Below, piece by piece: positions 29,829-41,659 of a stretch of DNA of 64,000 bases. The notes beneath the pieces were generated by a model. It searched no databases. It had not been told where the DNA came from and worked only from the letters and a program-made list of their open reading frames with translations. Within the stretch, counting starts at the first letter, position 1; the number at the start of each line of letters is the position of its first letter. The position numbers were made by a program, and so were the translations under genes. The stretch is from Gammaproteobacteria bacterium (lineage in GTDB: Bacteria > Pseudomonadota > Gammaproteobacteria > Eutrophobiales > Eutrophobiaceae), in contig OZ220696.1 in the NCBI GenBank assembly GCA_965116495.1, positions 2,080,001 through 2,144,000 of the forward strand. The letters run 5' to 3'.

Positions 29829-32519
29829 CTAACTCAGTTTGCCATGACAGAACTTAAATTTTTTCCCGGAGCCACAGGGGCAGGGTTCATTACGGCCGAT
29901 TTTTCTTTGATTACGGATATAGGGTTTTTGCTGCGGGCTTTCGTCCTGCTTGCCCATGGCGCTGGGCGCGTCGGGATGATTAAACTGCATCTGCGCAGGC
30001 TGGGGCCGGTCCTGTAATACCTGTATATCCTGTTCTTCCCTGACGTGTATTTTTGTCAGCACGGTGATGACGTCATACTTGATATTTTCCAGCATGTCGC
30101 CGAACATTGCGAATGCTTCCTTCTTGTATTCCTGCTTGGGGTTCCTTGCCGCATAGCCGCGCAGCCCGATGCCCTGCCTCAGGTGGTCCATCGCAACCAG
30201 GTGTTCTTTCCAATGCCGGTCCAGGGTATCCAGCATCAGGCCCTTTTCGACCCTGCGAACCAAGTCCTCAGGTAAATCGGTATGTCTTTTATCCACTTCT
30301 CTTGTAACATTTTCAGTGACCTTCGCAAGCAATGCCTCTTCATCCAGGGAAGTATTCTCGTCCAGCCACTGTTGTACCGGCAGGTGCGCGTTCAATTCAT
30401 TGGCCAGCGCTTCCGTTAAAGCGGCGGTATCCCACATATCGTCCAGGCTGCCGGGAGGGATATGGGTTGCAAAAATACCTTTTACGACGTCTTCCCGCAT
30501 CGTCTGAATATCAGAGGAGATGTCGTCCCCACCCAACAGATCGTTACGCCATTCATAAATCACCTTGCGCTGGTCGTTTGCAACGTCATCGTATTCCAGT
30601 AAATGTTTGCGAATATCGAAATTATGGGCCTCGACTTTCCTCTGTGCGTTCTCAATCGCCTTGGTTACCAGGTTCGATTCGATAGCCTCGCCCTCTTCCA
30701 TTCCCAGTCTCTGCATGATGGAAGCAACCCGTTCGGAAGCGAAGATGCGCATCAAATCATCTTCCAGTGAAATATAGAACCGGCTTGACCCCGGGTCACC
30801 CTGGCGTCCCGAGCGCCCTCTCAACTGGTTGTCGACGCGTCTGGACTCATGCCTCTCAGTTCCGATTATGCGTAACCCGCCCCTGTCGATCACATGCTCA
30901 TGACGTTCCTGCCAGGCACTGCGAACTTTAGTCACCGTCGCGGTATCGGCATTGTTGAGCGCCTTGATTTCCGCATCCAGGTTTCCTCCAAGCACAATAT
31001 CAGTACCCCGCCCAGCCATATTCGTTGCGATGGTTACCGTCCCGGGCCGTCCGGCCTGGGCAATGATCTCGGCTTCCCTTTCATGATACTTGGCATTCAG
31101 AACCTGGTGTTTGATTTTCTGCTTCTTCAGTTGACCGGACAGGTATTCCGACACCTCAATGGAAACAGTACCCACAAGAACGGGTTGGCCGTTTTCCTGG
31201 CAGGACTTTATATCATCGATTATTGCCGCAAACTTCTCCCCTGCGGTCAGGTATATCATGTCCGGCTGGTCATCCCTGATCATCGTCAGGTGAGTCGGGA
31301 CTACAACCACCTCCAGGCCGTATATCTGCTGAAATTCATACGCTTCGGTATCCGCCGTACCCGTCATACCGGCCAGCTTTGTATAAAGGCGGAAGTAATT
31401 CTGGTAGGTTATGGTCGCCAGGGTCTGGTTTTCATTCTGGATCGGCACATTTTCCTTTGCCTCAATGGCCTGGTGCAACCCGTCCGACCAGCGCCTGCCC
31501 GGCATGGTCCTGCCGGTGAATTCATCCACGATGACCACTTCATTGTTCTGGACGATATACTCGACGTTATTATGGAACAGGGCATGTGCCCGCAGCGCGG
31601 CATTCAAGTGGTGCAGGATGGGAATATTGACCGGATCATACAGACTCATGCCCCGCTGCATGATCTTGCTTTCCAACAGCAGTTTTTCCACCCGTTCATG
31701 ACCCGTTTCCGTCAGGTAAGCCTGCCTGCTCTTTTCATCAAGTACATAATCACCCCCGTCCTCTTCCTCTTTTTGCAGCTTCAAACGGGGCACTAACTTG
31801 TTCATGCTAAGGTACAGGTCGGACCTGTCATCCACACTGCCCGAAATGATCAACGGGGTACGCGCCTCATCGATGAGTATCGAATCCACTTCATCCACTA
31901 TCGCGTACATCAAACTGCGTTGAACCTGGTCCTGCCCGTGGAACTTCATATTGTCACGCAAATAGTCAAAACCGAATTCATTATTGGTTCCATAGGTGAT
32001 ATCGGCGGCGTAGGCCTGTTTGCGTTCTTCGTTATCAAGTCCGGAAATAATCACCCCCGTCGACATTCCCAGGAAAGAATATATAGCTCCCATCCATTCG
32101 GCATCCCGCTGCGCCAGGTAATCGTTCACGGTGATGATATGCACTCCGGATCCCGTCAGCGCATTAAGATAAGCGGGCATTGTCGCTACCAGCGTCTTAC
32201 CCTCACCGGTACGCATCTCGGCAATGTTTCCCCGGTGCAATACGATGCCGCCGACCAGTTGTACGTCAAAGTGGCGCATATCCAGGGTTCTCCTGCCCGC
32301 TTCGCGAACCAGGGCAAATGCCTCCGGCAGGAGATCGTCCAGTGTTTCGCCCTGCTCATACCTGGACTTCAGCAGCGCGGTTTTTTGCGGGAACTCGGCA
32401 TCCTTGAGCCTGGTTACGCTTTCCTCAAGCGCATTGATCCTGCTAACGGTCTTTTGCATCGATTTCAGGACGCGTGTGTTCCTGCTGCCGAATATTTTTG
32501 TGAAAACAGTTCTGATCAC
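29829..32519 (-). CDS. secA: Protein translocase subunit SecA
   Basis: [32 protein letters not shown]-terminal [13 protein letters not shown]. Confidence 0.98.
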   Translation of the reverse strand: MIRTVFTKIFGSRNTRVLKSMQKTVSRINALEESVTRLKDAEFPQKTALLKSRYEQGETLDDLLPEAFALVREAGRRTLDMRHFDVQLVGGIVLHRGNIAEMRTGEGKTLVATMPAYLNALTGSGVHIITVNDYLAQRDAEWMGAIYSFLGMSTGVIISGLDNEERKQAYAADITYGTNNEFGFDYLRDNMKFHGQDQVQRSLMYAIVDEVDSILIDEARTPLIISGSVDDRSDLYLSMNKLVPRLKLQKEEEDGGDYVLDEKSRQAYLTETGHERVEKLLLESKIMQRGMSLYDPVNIPILHHLNAALRAHALFHNNVEYIVQNNEVVIVDEFTGRTMPGRRWSDGLHQAIEAKENVPIQNENQTLATITYQNYFRLYTKLAGMTGTADTEAYEFQQIYGLEVVVVPTHLTMIRDDQPDMIYLTAGEKFAAIIDDIKSCQENGQPVLVGTVSIEVSEYLSGQLKKQKIKHQVLNAKYHEREAEIIAQAGRPGTVTIATNMAGRGTDIVLGGNLDAEIKALNNADTATVTKVRSAWQERHEHVIDRGGLRIIGTERHESRRVDNQLRGRSGRQGDPGSSRFYISLEDDLMRIFASERVASIMQRLGMEEGEAIESNLVTKAIENAQRKVEAHNFDIRKHLLEYDDVANDQRKVIYEWRNDLLGGDDISSDIQTMREDVVKGIFATHIPPGSLDDMWDTAALTEALANELNAHLPVQQWLDENTSLDEEALLAKVTENVTREVDKRHTDLPEDLVRRVEKGLMLDTLDRHWKEHLVAMDHLRQGIGLRGYAARNPKQEYKKEAFAMFGDMLENIKYDVITVLTKIHVREEQDIQVLQDRPQPAQMQFNHPDAPSAMGKQDESPQQKPYIRNQRKIGRNEPCPCGSGKKFKFCHGKLS

Positions 32520-32554
32520 GTGGAAAATCCCATTAATACGCCCCGGTGTATGCG

Positions 32555-32706
32555 GTGTATGGGGTCAGGTCGCACAATGCACACGTCCGGGAATGCGTGT
32601 ATGGGGTCAGGTCGCACAATGCACACGTCCGGGAATGTGACCCCATACGGGTTGTGTGTGCATTGTGCGACCTGACCCCATACACGCACGTGACCCCATA
32701 CACGCA
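32555..32706. repeat. REP-like cluster GGGGTCAGGTCGCACAATGCACAC (two direct copies at 42-bp spacing, one inverted copy, fragments)
   Basis: Direct copies at 32555 and 32597; inverted copy at ~32654-32685; extra TGACCCCATAC at 32638 and 32691. Confidence 0.85.
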
Positions 32707-32751
32707 CAAGCGTGGGCTGATTAAAACAGAACGGGTTGAAAAAATAAAGGA

Positions 32752-33636
32752 TTACTGCAAAGAAATATAGCTGCGGGGATTGACGTGCCGGCCGTTTCTG
32801 ACAACCTCGAAGTGAACATGCGCACCTGTACTGCGCCCGGTGCTACCCATTATCGCGATCACCTCACCCCTCTCGACTTTTTCCCCTGCACTGACAAGGT
32901 TTTCCTTGTTATGTGCGTAGCGGGTAACATAGCCGTTGCCGTGGCTGATTTCAACCAGGTTACCATAGCCCTGGTCAGGACCCGACCAGGTTACGATCCC
33001 CGAGGCAATGGAGGTAACCGGCATCCCGGACCTCCCGGCCAGATCAACCCCCATGTGATACTCTTTCTTCCCAGATATGGGGTGCGTCCGGGGACCGAAG
33101 AACGACGAAAACCAGCCGCCTTCGGCAGGGTTGCCCAACGGCCGGGCCTGGTCCTGCAAACTTCTTCCCATCAGCATGGATTCCATCGCCGATAATTTAT
33201 CCTGACGGTCCTGCAGGGCCTGCTCCAGTTGATTAAGGGAAATGAGAAAATCAAAATCCGACAATTCCTGTGAACTGTCGTTGAGCATGGCTTGAGGTCC
33301 GCCGATACCCGGTGGATTCGTAGCTCCGAATTCAATATCATCCAGTTGCGCCATCTTGGCGAGTCGAGCACCCAGCGCATCCAGCCTCATGACATGGCTC
33401 TGCAATAAACTCAGCCGGCCCACCATCGCGCTCAAGGCTGTCTCCGTGTCCGCCTTCACGTCCTCCAGGGCCTGTAATTCACCCTTGATGAGACGCTTGT
33501 CCATATAAATACCACCCAGGCTGGAAAAGCAAACAGCAAATACGGCAATACCTGCCAATCCAACAGCACACGCCCACGGGCCCACGGACAGCCTCAGGGC
33601 CTTCTTTCTTTCACTGAAAAAGACTATTATCTTCAT
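32752..33636 (-). CDS. M23 family metallopeptidase
   Basis: HMGVD, GYGNLVEISH, YAHN, STGRSTGAHVHFEV; N-terminal TM and coiled coil. Confidence 0.9.
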   Translation of the reverse strand: MKIIVFFSERKKALRLSVGPWACAVGLAGIAVFAVCFSSLGGIYMDKRLIKGELQALEDVKADTETALSAMVGRLSLLQSHVMRLDALGARLAKMAQLDDIEFGATNPPGIGGPQAMLNDSSQELSDFDFLISLNQLEQALQDRQDKLSAMESMLMGRSLQDQARPLGNPAEGGWFSSFFGPRTHPISGKKEYHMGVDLAGRSGMPVTSIASGIVTWSGPDQGYGNLVEISHGNGYVTRYAHNKENLVSAGEKVERGEVIAIMGSTGRSTGAHVHFEVVRNGRHVNPRSYISLQ

Positions 33637-33657
33637 CTGTCACAATTTCTTCAGCTA

Positions 33658-34107
33658 ATGACTATCCACACTAATACTAAAATCAGTACGATATCAGACC
33701 TGCTTGCTACCTCTGACAGACTGTCACAAATTTGCGAGCATACCGAAAAAATCAGTGCACTACAAATCAAACTGTATGAAAACCTCGACTTTCCGCTGAA
33801 TAAGCATGCCATTGTAGCTGATTACCAGCAGAAAACTCTTGTTTTACATACTGACAGCGCCAGCTGGGCGGCCAGGCTGCGCTATGTGACCCCCGATCTT
33901 CTCACAGTTTTCAAAGGCGATCTTCCGGGGATCCGGACAATCCGCATTAAGGTAATGCTCCCTGACCCGCAAAACCAGACCTCGCTCAAGGCGGCAAAAG
34001 TCTCCCCCGTCACTGCACACGGAATTCGCCAGGTGGCTGATAAAACAGGAGATCCGGCTCTTCGATCCACCTTGCAAAGCATAGCCGAAAATTTGGGGTC
34101 ATCATAA
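33658..34107 (+). CDS. DciA/DUF721 family protein
   Basis: [16 protein letters not shown] motif; conserved position between lpxC and the M23 gene/secA. Confidence 0.75.
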   Translation: MTIHTNTKISTISDLLATSDRLSQICEHTEKISALQIKLYENLDFPLNKHAIVADYQQKTLVLHTDSASWAARLRYVTPDLLTVFKGDLPGIRTIRIKVMLPDPQNQTSLKAAKVSPVTAHGIRQVADKTGDPALRSTLQSIAENLGSS

Positions 34108-35019
34108 TCCCACGGCAGCCAGCGGCCGAATATATGAAACCGATTCTGCGGTGTCTTCCCCGAAGTTGACGATCTCCCAGGCATCCCGGGTGAGCGTCAG
34201 TTTGTACAGGAGCTGGTTATTAAGCTCATGGCCTGATTTATAGCCCTGGTACGAACCGATCAAGTTATGACCGAGGAGGTACAAATCGCCTATCGCATCA
34301 AGAATCTTATGCCTGACGCACTCATCCTGGTAGCGCAGGCCCTCTTCATTGACGACCTGCTCGTTGTCAACAACGATCGCATTATCCAGGCTTCCACCCA
34401 GGATGAGATTTCTTTCCCGCAGGAAATCAAAATCCTTCATGAAGCCAAAGGTCCTGGCACGGCAGACTTCCTTGACAAATGACGTGGTGGAAAAATCAAT
34501 TTCCGCACGGCAATGCCTGTCCTGGAAAACCGGGTGATCGAACTGTATGGTAAAACCTACCTTGAACCCTTCATAAGGCTGAAGCATCGCCCATTTATCG
34601 CCGTCTTCGACGCGTAATTCCTTTTTTATCCGAAGAAAACATTTTTCTTCATCCTGTTCCCGTACCCCGGCGGATTGGATTAAAAAGACGAACGGACCTG
34701 CACTGCCATCCATGATCGGCACTTCTTCAGCGCTCACGTCGATATAAGCATTATCAATACTGAAACCGGCGAGAGCCGACAGCAGGTGTTCTACCGTGGA
34801 AATGCTGACCCCGTCCTTAACCAGGGTGGTAGACAGCCGGGTGCTCCCCACATTAGCCATGTGAGCAGGGATGTCTGTGGGGGGATCCTGGTCGACACGC
34901 CGGAAGATTATACCCGTGTTTACCGTTGCCGGGCGTATGGTAATGCTGGCCTTCTTGCCGGTATGCAAGCCTACCCCCTGCGCCCGGATCGCATTTTTGA
35001 GTGTACGCTGTCTAATCAC
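34102..35019 (-). CDS. lpxC: UDP-3-O-acyl-N-acetylglucosamine deacetylase
   Basis: [36 protein letters not shown]. Confidence 0.97.
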   Translation of the reverse strand: MIRQRTLKNAIRAQGVGLHTGKKASITIRPATVNTGIIFRRVDQDPPTDIPAHMANVGSTRLSTTLVKDGVSISTVEHLLSALAGFSIDNAYIDVSAEEVPIMDGSAGPFVFLIQSAGVREQDEEKCFLRIKKELRVEDGDKWAMLQPYEGFKVGFTIQFDHPVFQDRHCRAEIDFSTTSFVKEVCRARTFGFMKDFDFLRERNLILGGSLDNAIVVDNEQVVNEEGLRYQDECVRHKILDAIGDLYLLGHNLIGSYQGYKSGHELNNQLLYKLTLTRDAWEIVNFGEDTAESVSYIRPLAAVGL

Positions 35020-35021
35020 AA

Positions 35022-36164
35022 CTAATCAGCCTGTCTCCTAAGAAAAGCAGGAATCTCAAGATAATCAGGATCGTCCCTGACGGGGGCAATTCCAGCATTG
35101 GCATCTTTGTTGCGAATTATGGTCGGACGTTCGAGTTTATCATAATCCATGTTGTCCACGCCAACGGCACCCGTTGTGACCAGCTTTGGTCTTGACATCT
35201 CATCTCCAGGCTGGCTGAGCCCGGTGGCAACGATGGTAACCCATAATTCATCATTGAGGTCAGGGTTGAGAACGGTTCCAATAACCACTGTCGCTTCTTC
35301 GGCGGAAACAGTCTTGATGATGTTCCCCACTTCGTTGAACTCACCTATGCAAAAATCCATACCGGCAGTAATATTTGCCAGTATGCCTTTGGCACCAGAC
35401 AGGTCGATGTGTTCCAGTAACGGACTGCTTATGGCAGCCTCCGTCGCCATCCTGGCGCGGTCCTCGCCATTGGCTTTCCCGGATCCCATCATCGCCATGC
35501 CCATTTCTCCCATCACGGTTTTAACGTCGGCAAAGTCAACATTGATCAAGCCCCGGCAGGTTATTACCTGGGCAATACCCTGGACCGCGCCAAGGAGCAC
35601 GTCATCGGCAGACTCGAACGCATTCACCAGGGGCACGTCCGCGCCTAATACGTCCGCCAGTTTATCGTTCGGCACAGTGATCAGTGAATCAACATACTGG
35701 CTGAGATCACGAATACCGTTGTTCGCGATTTCGCACCGTTTTCTGCCTTCAAATGAAAATGGTTTGGTAACGATTGCGACTGTCAGAATACCCATTTCCC
35801 TTGCCACCTGGGCAACGATGGGCGCCGCTCCGGTACCTGTACCTCCGCCCATGCCGGCGGTAATGAATACCATATCGGCGCCCCCCAGGACATCCTCAAT
35901 TCTGTCCCTGTCCTCCAGCGCCGACTGGCGCCCGACTTCGGGGTCGGCACCGGCGCCCAGACCGTGGGTAATGGTGTTGCCGAACTGGATGATATTGTGT
36001 GCATTCGAGGCTTTCAGTGCCTGGGCATCGGTATTGGCACAAATGAAGTCAACTCCTTCAATCCCAGCCTTCAACATGTGGTTTACGGCATTACCGCCAC
36101 CGCCGCCAACCCCGATCACTTTTATTACCGCAGCTTGATTTGCAGCATCGACTAGTTCAAACAT
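35022..36164 (-). CDS. ftsZ: Cell division protein FtsZ
   Basis: [28 protein letters not shown]-terminal [10 protein letters not shown]. Confidence 0.98.
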   Translation of the reverse strand: MFELVDAANQAAVIKVIGVGGGGGNAVNHMLKAGIEGVDFICANTDAQALKASNAHNIIQFGNTITHGLGAGADPEVGRQSALEDRDRIEDVLGGADMVFITAGMGGGTGTGAAPIVAQVAREMGILTVAIVTKPFSFEGRKRCEIANNGIRDLSQYVDSLITVPNDKLADVLGADVPLVNAFESADDVLLGAVQGIAQVITCRGLINVDFADVKTVMGEMGMAMMGSGKANGEDRARMATEAAISSPLLEHIDLSGAKGILANITAGMDFCIGEFNEVGNIIKTVSAEEATVVIGTVLNPDLNDELWVTIVATGLSQPGDEMSRPKLVTTGAVGVDNMDYDKLERPTIIRNKDANAGIAPVRDDPDYLEIPAFLRRQAD

Positions 36165-36195
36165 TTTATCTGTCTCCTGGATTAAAAAAATATTG

Positions 36196-37416
36196 TCAAA
36201 CGTTACCTTGAAACCAACTCTTCATTCGATTCCAAACACTGGACGCCCCGCTATCAATACGCTTGGGGAGGGTGCGGTCCTGTTGTTGGCGCAGGCCGTA
36301 CAGCAACAACCCCACGCCGGTTGCATAAATCGGATTTTTCACCAGCTCAACCAGGCCACTGACATACTGTGGCGTTCCGACCCTCACGGGTACGTGAAAT
36401 ACTTCTTCGGCCAGTTCGACAACGCCTTGCATATTGGAACTGCCGCCCGTCAACACAATACCGGCCACGATCTGCCTCTCGTAACCAGTCCGTCTCAATT
36501 CAGCCTGCACCAGGGAAAACAGCTCCTCATAGCGGGGCTCGACGACTTCCGCCAATGTCTGTCTGGACATCCGGCGTACCGGCCGGTTGCCGACACTCGG
36601 GACTTCCACGGTCTCGTCGGGATTTGCCAGTTGCGCCAGCGCACAGGCGTGCCCGACCTTAATCTCTTCGGCATTCTGTGTGGGTGTACGCAAGGCAACT
36701 GCTATGTCGTTGGTAACCTGGTCGCCGGCTATGGGAATCACCGCGGTGTGGCTGATCGCGCCATTGGTAAAGACGGCCAGGTCCGTGGTGCCGCCGCCGA
36801 TATCCGCCAGGCAGACACCCAGGTCTTTTTCATCTTCCGTCAATACCGAATAGCTCGACGCCAGTTGCTCCAGGACGATATCGTCTGCTTCCAGACCGCA
36901 GTGGCGCACACACTTGATGATATTCTGGGAGGCGCTGGCTGCGCCGGTCACTATGTGCACCTTCGCTTCCAGCCTGACGCCGGACATGCCTATGGGCTCC
37001 TTGATGCCTTCCTGGCCGTCGATGATGAAATCCCGGGGGATGATATGCAGTATCTTCTGATCCGCCGATATGGCAACAGCCTTGGCTGCATCAATAACCC
37101 GTTCGATATCACCTGCCGTCACTTCATTATCACGAATCGCAACAATTCCATGAGAATTCAGACTCCTGATGTGATTGCCCGCAATCCCCGTGAACACTGC
37201 GTGGATATTACAACCCGCCATCAGCTCGGCTTCCTGAATGGCGCTCTGGATAGTCTGCACCGTCGATTCGATATTGACTACCACACCTTTCTTCAACCCG
37301 CGTGATCGGCACGATCCCAGACCGATTATTTCGATCTCGTTTTCCGCGGATACCTCTGCAACAATCGAGACGACTTTTGAAGTCCCGATATCAAGCCCGA
37401 CAATTAAATTAGTCAT
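36196..37416 (-). CDS. ftsA: Cell division protein FtsA
   Basis: VGLDIGTSKV, DIGGGTTD, VLTGG, YATGVGL. Confidence 0.97.
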   Translation of the reverse strand: MTNLIVGLDIGTSKVVSIVAEVSAENEIEIIGLGSCRSRGLKKGVVVNIESTVQTIQSAIQEAELMAGCNIHAVFTGIAGNHIRSLNSHGIVAIRDNEVTAGDIERVIDAAKAVAISADQKILHIIPRDFIIDGQEGIKEPIGMSGVRLEAKVHIVTGAASASQNIIKCVRHCGLEADDIVLEQLASSYSVLTEDEKDLGVCLADIGGGTTDLAVFTNGAISHTAVIPIAGDQVTNDIAVALRTPTQNAEEIKVGHACALAQLANPDETVEVPSVGNRPVRRMSRQTLAEVVEPRYEELFSLVQAELRRTGYERQIVAGIVLTGGSSNMQGVVELAEEVFHVPVRVGTPQYVSGLVELVKNPIYATGVGLLLYGLRQQQDRTLPKRIDSGASSVWNRMKSWFQGNV

Positions 37417-37422
37417 CTCCCC

Positions 37423-38199
37423 TCACCCGGAAATTATTGACCTGGACTCCTTGGTCCATTTGACCGCAAACCCGTTGGTGTATCTCATATCAATCAATTT
37501 TGCCTGCAACAGCCTGTCAGCCTGGTACGGGATTGCAAAACCGAAAAATCGTTTAAACCTGTCTTCTACATCTTTTCTCCCCAGCAGGACGAGCGGCCCG
37601 TCCGCCAGTTTAAATTGCCAGGCCCTTCTTTCCGTCAGCACAAGCATGTCGATTTCCATATCCCGGCTCATTAATTCCGTTTTCAGGAACTCGTATTTCT
37701 CCAACACCATCTCTTCGCTGCCCTGTGGCCCGCTCAGGAACGGCAGGCCCGGAGGAAAGGAAGCCTGTGGTGGTGAGAAAATGCTTGCATCGCTGCTGAT
37801 CAGGGCGTTGCTGCCCCATCGGGCCACTGGTTCATGTTCTGTAATAAATATCATCAGGCTATCGGGCCAGACCCGCCTGACCGCCACCTCGTCGATCCAC
37901 TCCTGTTGCAGTAACTCCCGCTTTATGGCGGCGACATTTTCGGTAATAAAACCACCCCGGATAATATGCGCGGCTTTTTTTTCCAATTCAGCCGGTGACA
38001 GGTGTACGAAGTTGCCGGCAATCTGCACACTTTTAATCGGCAGGATCTGCGACCAGGGAATTTTCGACCAGAAAAACAGCGCCAGTGATATGCACACGGC
38101 CGCTATCAATATCCTGACAAGTTTTTTTTGCGCACGCGCAACAGCCAAATCGGCGTTGGCCACCGTGTTATTGCCGATATGCATATACGATTGAGTCAT
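37423..38199 (-). CDS. ftsQ: Cell division protein FtsQ (start uncertain: ATG 38199 or 38184)
   Basis: TM then POTRA (VRRVWPD), IDMRYTNGFAV. The upstream ORF extension to 38247 is repeat-derived. Confidence 0.88.
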   Translation of the reverse strand: MTQSYMHIGNNTVANADLAVARAQKKLVRILIAAVCISLALFFWSKIPWSQILPIKSVQIAGNFVHLSPAELEKKAAHIIRGGFITENVAAIKRELLQQEWIDEVAVRRVWPDSLMIFITEHEPVARWGSNALISSDASIFSPPQASFPPGLPFLSGPQGSEEMVLEKYEFLKTELMSRDMEIDMLVLTERRAWQFKLADGPLVLLGRKDVEDRFKRFFGFAIPYQADRLLQAKLIDMRYTNGFAVKWTKESRSIISG

Positions 38200-38350
38200 T
38201 GCATCCATCCCTGGACGCAACCCTTCGGGCGGCTGCGCCGTGCACAAATCTGCCTGGAGCAGATTTGAACAGTTGAGCCACGCGAAACTGGCCCCAACGG
38301 GGCAAAGTACAGGACGTACTTTGTAAATCGTCTATCCTGACGATTTGTCA
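38196..38350 (-). mobile_element. Nested palindromic elements between ddl and ftsQ
   Basis: An element homologous to the pdxB insertion (TGAC...TGAC ends) is interrupted by an 81-bp element at 38244-38324 (acaaa...tttgt) in the opposite orientation. Confidence 0.75.
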
Positions 38351-39304
38351 CAGCGCCCCCACCGTAGCGGATTCTTTCTCCGGCAGGCTTGTGTCGAGCA
38401 CCTGCAGGACCAGGCTGTCGAAATCTATTCCCACCTGTTGCGCCGCCATGGGTACCAGGCTATGACCGGTCATCCCCGGGACCGTATTCACGTCGATCAG
38501 GTAAGGTCTGTGGTTTTCATCCAGTAACATATCAACCCTGCCCCAGCCACCGGAACCGATTGAGTCGAATGCCTTCAGCGCCAGGGCGGACATATCTTTT
38601 TCCAGTTCCTGCGGAAGGCCGCAGGGACAGAGATAACGGGTGGAATCATCCAGGTACTTGGCCTGGTAATCATAGAAATCCCGATCCGTTTCTATTTTGA
38701 TTGCCGGCAGTGCCGATCCGTTCAATATGCCCACGGTGTAATCGCCGCCGGTTATCCAGCGCTCGCACATGACGTCGCGGTCGTATTTGACGGCGTTCTG
38801 CCAGGCCTCCTGCAATCCTTCCGCACTGCCCACTTTACAGGCACCAAGACTGGAACCTTCGTGCACAGGTTTCAACATGAGCGGAAGACCCAGGTCTTCC
38901 GCCACGTTATCCAGATCTTCCGCACAGCGGACCTGTTTGAATTCCGGGGTCGGCAAGCCCTGGCTCTGCCAGATCCATTTGCACCTGACCTTGTCCATGG
39001 ACAAGGCCGAACCGAGCACGCTGCTTCCCGTATAGGGCAGGTTAAGGGTTTCCAGGGCGCCCTGGATGACGCCGTCTTCACCGCCACGACCGTGCAGCGC
39101 GACAAATACCCGATCAAAATCGGCGCCAACCAGGTCACTCACCACTGTTTCTCCCGCATCGATCCCCCAGGCATCCACACCCTGACGGCGCAGAGCCGCC
39201 AAGATCGCCGCGCCTGTCTGCAGGGATATTTCCCGCTCGGCCGAGCGACCTCCCATCAGCACTGCAACCTTGCCGTATCGGCTGTTTTTTTTTAGCTCGT
39301 TCAA
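38348..39304 (-). CDS. ddl: D-alanine--D-alanine ligase
   Basis: GGRSAEREIS, LHGRGGEDG, KPVHEGSS, FYDYQAKY, VNTVPGMT. Confidence 0.96.
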   Translation of the reverse strand: MNELKKNSRYGKVAVLMGGRSAEREISLQTGAAILAALRRQGVDAWGIDAGETVVSDLVGADFDRVFVALHGRGGEDGVIQGALETLNLPYTGSSVLGSALSMDKVRCKWIWQSQGLPTPEFKQVRCAEDLDNVAEDLGLPLMLKPVHEGSSLGACKVGSAEGLQEAWQNAVKYDRDVMCERWITGGDYTVGILNGSALPAIKIETDRDFYDYQAKYLDDSTRYLCPCGLPQELEKDMSALALKAFDSIGSGGWGRVDMLLDENHRPYLIDVNTVPGMTGHSLVPMAAQQVGIDFDSLVLQVLDTSLPEKESATVGAL

Positions 39305-40242
39305 GTCCGTACCCGTATTAATGCTTCACCGACGATTCTTACCTCCGGTATCAGTCTGACGCCTGTCTTCTTCCTGACACTTGCCTGTACGTGTAAAACC
39401 AGGGCTTCTATATCCCCCGCGCTGGCCTTGCCAGCATTGATGATGAAGTTCGCGTGTTTATCCGACACATGGGCATCACCGATGGCAAAGCCTTTCAGAC
39501 CGCACTGATCGACCAGACGCCCGGCAAAATCGCCCGCGGGATTTTTAAATACAGAGCCGCAACTGAACTGTCCCGTCGGCTGGGTCTCGGTTCTCCTGGC
39601 CAGTAATTCCCTGATGCGTGCTTCAGCCTTTCCGTCCGGGTCGGTTTCCAGCCGGAACAGCGCTCTGACGAACCATTCATCATGCGCCTTATCGACCTGG
39701 CGGTACCCTGTTGCAAATTCGGATCCCGACCTCCGGACCCGCATGCCTTTACGCGTCACTGTCTCCACCTGTTCGACGATACTCCAGGTCTCCGCGCCGA
39801 AGGCGCCGGCATTCATGGCCAGCGCACCCCCCACTGATCCCGGAATGCCCACCAGGAATTCTGCGCCGGTTAAACCGGATTTCGCACTGAACCGGGCCAC
39901 TTTTGCACAGGGCACGCCACAACCCGCCCATACTGCATTGTCCGCTGCCAATTCAAGCCTGTTTTTCATGCCGACGGTTGAAATGACCGTACCCCTGATG
40001 CCGCCGTCCCGCACCAGCAGGTTACTGCCCAGGCCAAGCCAGGTGACAGGTTCGTCATCCGGCAGTGCGGCGAGAAAAACGGCCAGGTCGTCCCCATCGG
40101 CGGGAACATAAAAACGGTCTGCAGGCCCGCCGACTTTCCACGAGGTATGCCTGGACATCTTCTCGTCCGTCCTGAGCGTGCCGCGCAGCGGTTGTTTCAC
40201 AATCCGGTCATTCTGGCCTGTCGAAATTGTTTCCATAAGCAT
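39301..40242 (-). CDS. murB: UDP-N-acetylmuramate dehydrogenase
   Basis: Start reassigned to ATG 40242. HTSWKVGGPA, GLGSNLLV, GIPGSVGG, MNAGA, GSVFKNP, KHANF. Confidence 0.94.
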   Translation of the reverse strand: MLMETISTGQNDRIVKQPLRGTLRTDEKMSRHTSWKVGGPADRFYVPADGDDLAVFLAALPDDEPVTWLGLGSNLLVRDGGIRGTVISTVGMKNRLELAADNAVWAGCGVPCAKVARFSAKSGLTGAEFLVGIPGSVGGALAMNAGAFGAETWSIVEQVETVTRKGMRVRRSGSEFATGYRQVDKAHDEWFVRALFRLETDPDGKAEARIRELLARRTETQPTGQFSCGSVFKNPAGDFAGRLVDQCGLKGFAIGDAHVSDKHANFIINAGKASAGDIEALVLHVQASVRKKTGVRLIPEVRIVGEALIRVRT

Positions 40243-40243
40243 C

Positions 40244-41659
40244 TCAGTTGCTCCCTTTGCCGTACTTGTCGAGTAACCGGACTCCAAGCGCACTGATATC
40301 CCCGGCGCCCAGCAACAACAGGATATCGTTGTGTTCCGTAACGTTTTCCAGCACGGCAAACAATTCCGTTTCATCACTGACGAGAATAGGTTCCACCTCT
40401 CCCCTGACCCTGAGCGCCCGGCTCAGGGAACGGCTGTCGGCGCCCTTGATGGGTTGCTCTCCGGCAGGATAGACCTCAAGCAGGATCAAGGTGTTGAGCC
40501 CGGACAACACGTGGCAGAATTCCTCGAACAGGTCCCGGGTGCGGGTATACCGGTGCGGCTGGAATACGACGACCACTTTCCTGCCGGGCCAACCATCGGC
40601 AACGGCAGTATTGATAGCGCTAATTTCACTGGGGTGGTGGGCGTAATCGTCGATAAGCAACACGGTTTTCCCGTCAATCCGGATATCACCCAGGATAGAA
40701 CTCCTGCGGTCTATACCCTGGAAGTTTGCCAACCCGGTACCGATTGCCTGTTGCGACACGCCCAGTTCGGTTGCCAGCGCCACTGCCGCCAGAGCATTAA
40801 GAATGTTATGCCGGCCCGGCAGGTTCAACGTCACCGGAAAAGCGTCATCCCGGTTGCGCTGTACAATATTGAAGCGGGTGATCGCACCGTCATATTCGAT
40901 TGATTCCGCCCGGTAATCCGCATCGGAATCTATCCCGTAAGTGACATAAGGCCGGTTGATGTGGGTAACTATCGCCCGGATACCGGGGTCATCGCCGCAG
41001 ATGACCACCAGCCCGTAAAACGGCAGGCAGTGCAGGAAATCGATAAAGTTGTTTTGCAACGCCTGGTAACTGCCGCCGCAATATTCAAGGTGGTCGGCAT
41101 CGATATTGGTCAGGACTGCGTAGACAGGTTGCAGGTGCAGGAAGGAGGCATCGCTCTCATCCGCCTCGGCTACAATGTATTTCCCCCTGCCGAGCCGGGC
41201 ATGGGAACCCGACATATTCAGGCGTCCGCCGATAATATAGGTCGGGTCGAACATGCCTTCCGCCAGCAGGTTGGCAATCAGGCTGGTTGTTGTTGTTTTC
41301 CCATGGGTGCCGGCCACCGCTATGCCTTCCCTGAAACGCATCAGTTCAGACAACATCTCTGCCCGCGGGATGATTGGTATGCGTTGTTTGCGCGCAGCCG
41401 ACAACTCCGGATTGTCATCCGGAACAGCACTGGAATAAACGACCACGTCGCTCCCGTTCACACATTTTGCATGATGCTCGAAGCGGACCTCGACGCCCAG
41501 ACTTGCCAGCCGTTCCGTGATGTTGCCCTGTTTCAGGTCCGAGCCCGTGACCGTGTAACCCAGGTTATGCAGGACCTCGGCTATTCCACTCATACCGACA
41601 CCGCCGATACCGACAAAATGGATATGCCTGACGCGACGCATGTTGTGGCTTTCAGGCAT
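40244..41659 (-). CDS. murC: UDP-N-acetylmuramate--L-alanine ligase
   Basis: Start reassigned to ATG 41659. HFVGIGGVGMSG, AGTHGKTTT, EADESD, DDYAHHP. Confidence 0.96.
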   Translation of the reverse strand: MPESHNMRRVRHIHFVGIGGVGMSGIAEVLHNLGYTVTGSDLKQGNITERLASLGVEVRFEHHAKCVNGSDVVVYSSAVPDDNPELSAARKQRIPIIPRAEMLSELMRFREGIAVAGTHGKTTTTSLIANLLAEGMFDPTYIIGGRLNMSGSHARLGRGKYIVAEADESDASFLHLQPVYAVLTNIDADHLEYCGGSYQALQNNFIDFLHCLPFYGLVVICGDDPGIRAIVTHINRPYVTYGIDSDADYRAESIEYDGAITRFNIVQRNRDDAFPVTLNLPGRHNILNALAAVALATELGVSQQAIGTGLANFQGIDRRSSILGDIRIDGKTVLLIDDYAHHPSEISAINTAVADGWPGRKVVVVFQPHRYTRTRDLFEEFCHVLSGLNTLILLEVYPAGEQPIKGADSRSLSRALRVRGEVEPILVSDETELFAVLENVTEHNDILLLLGAGDISALGVRLLDKYGKGSN

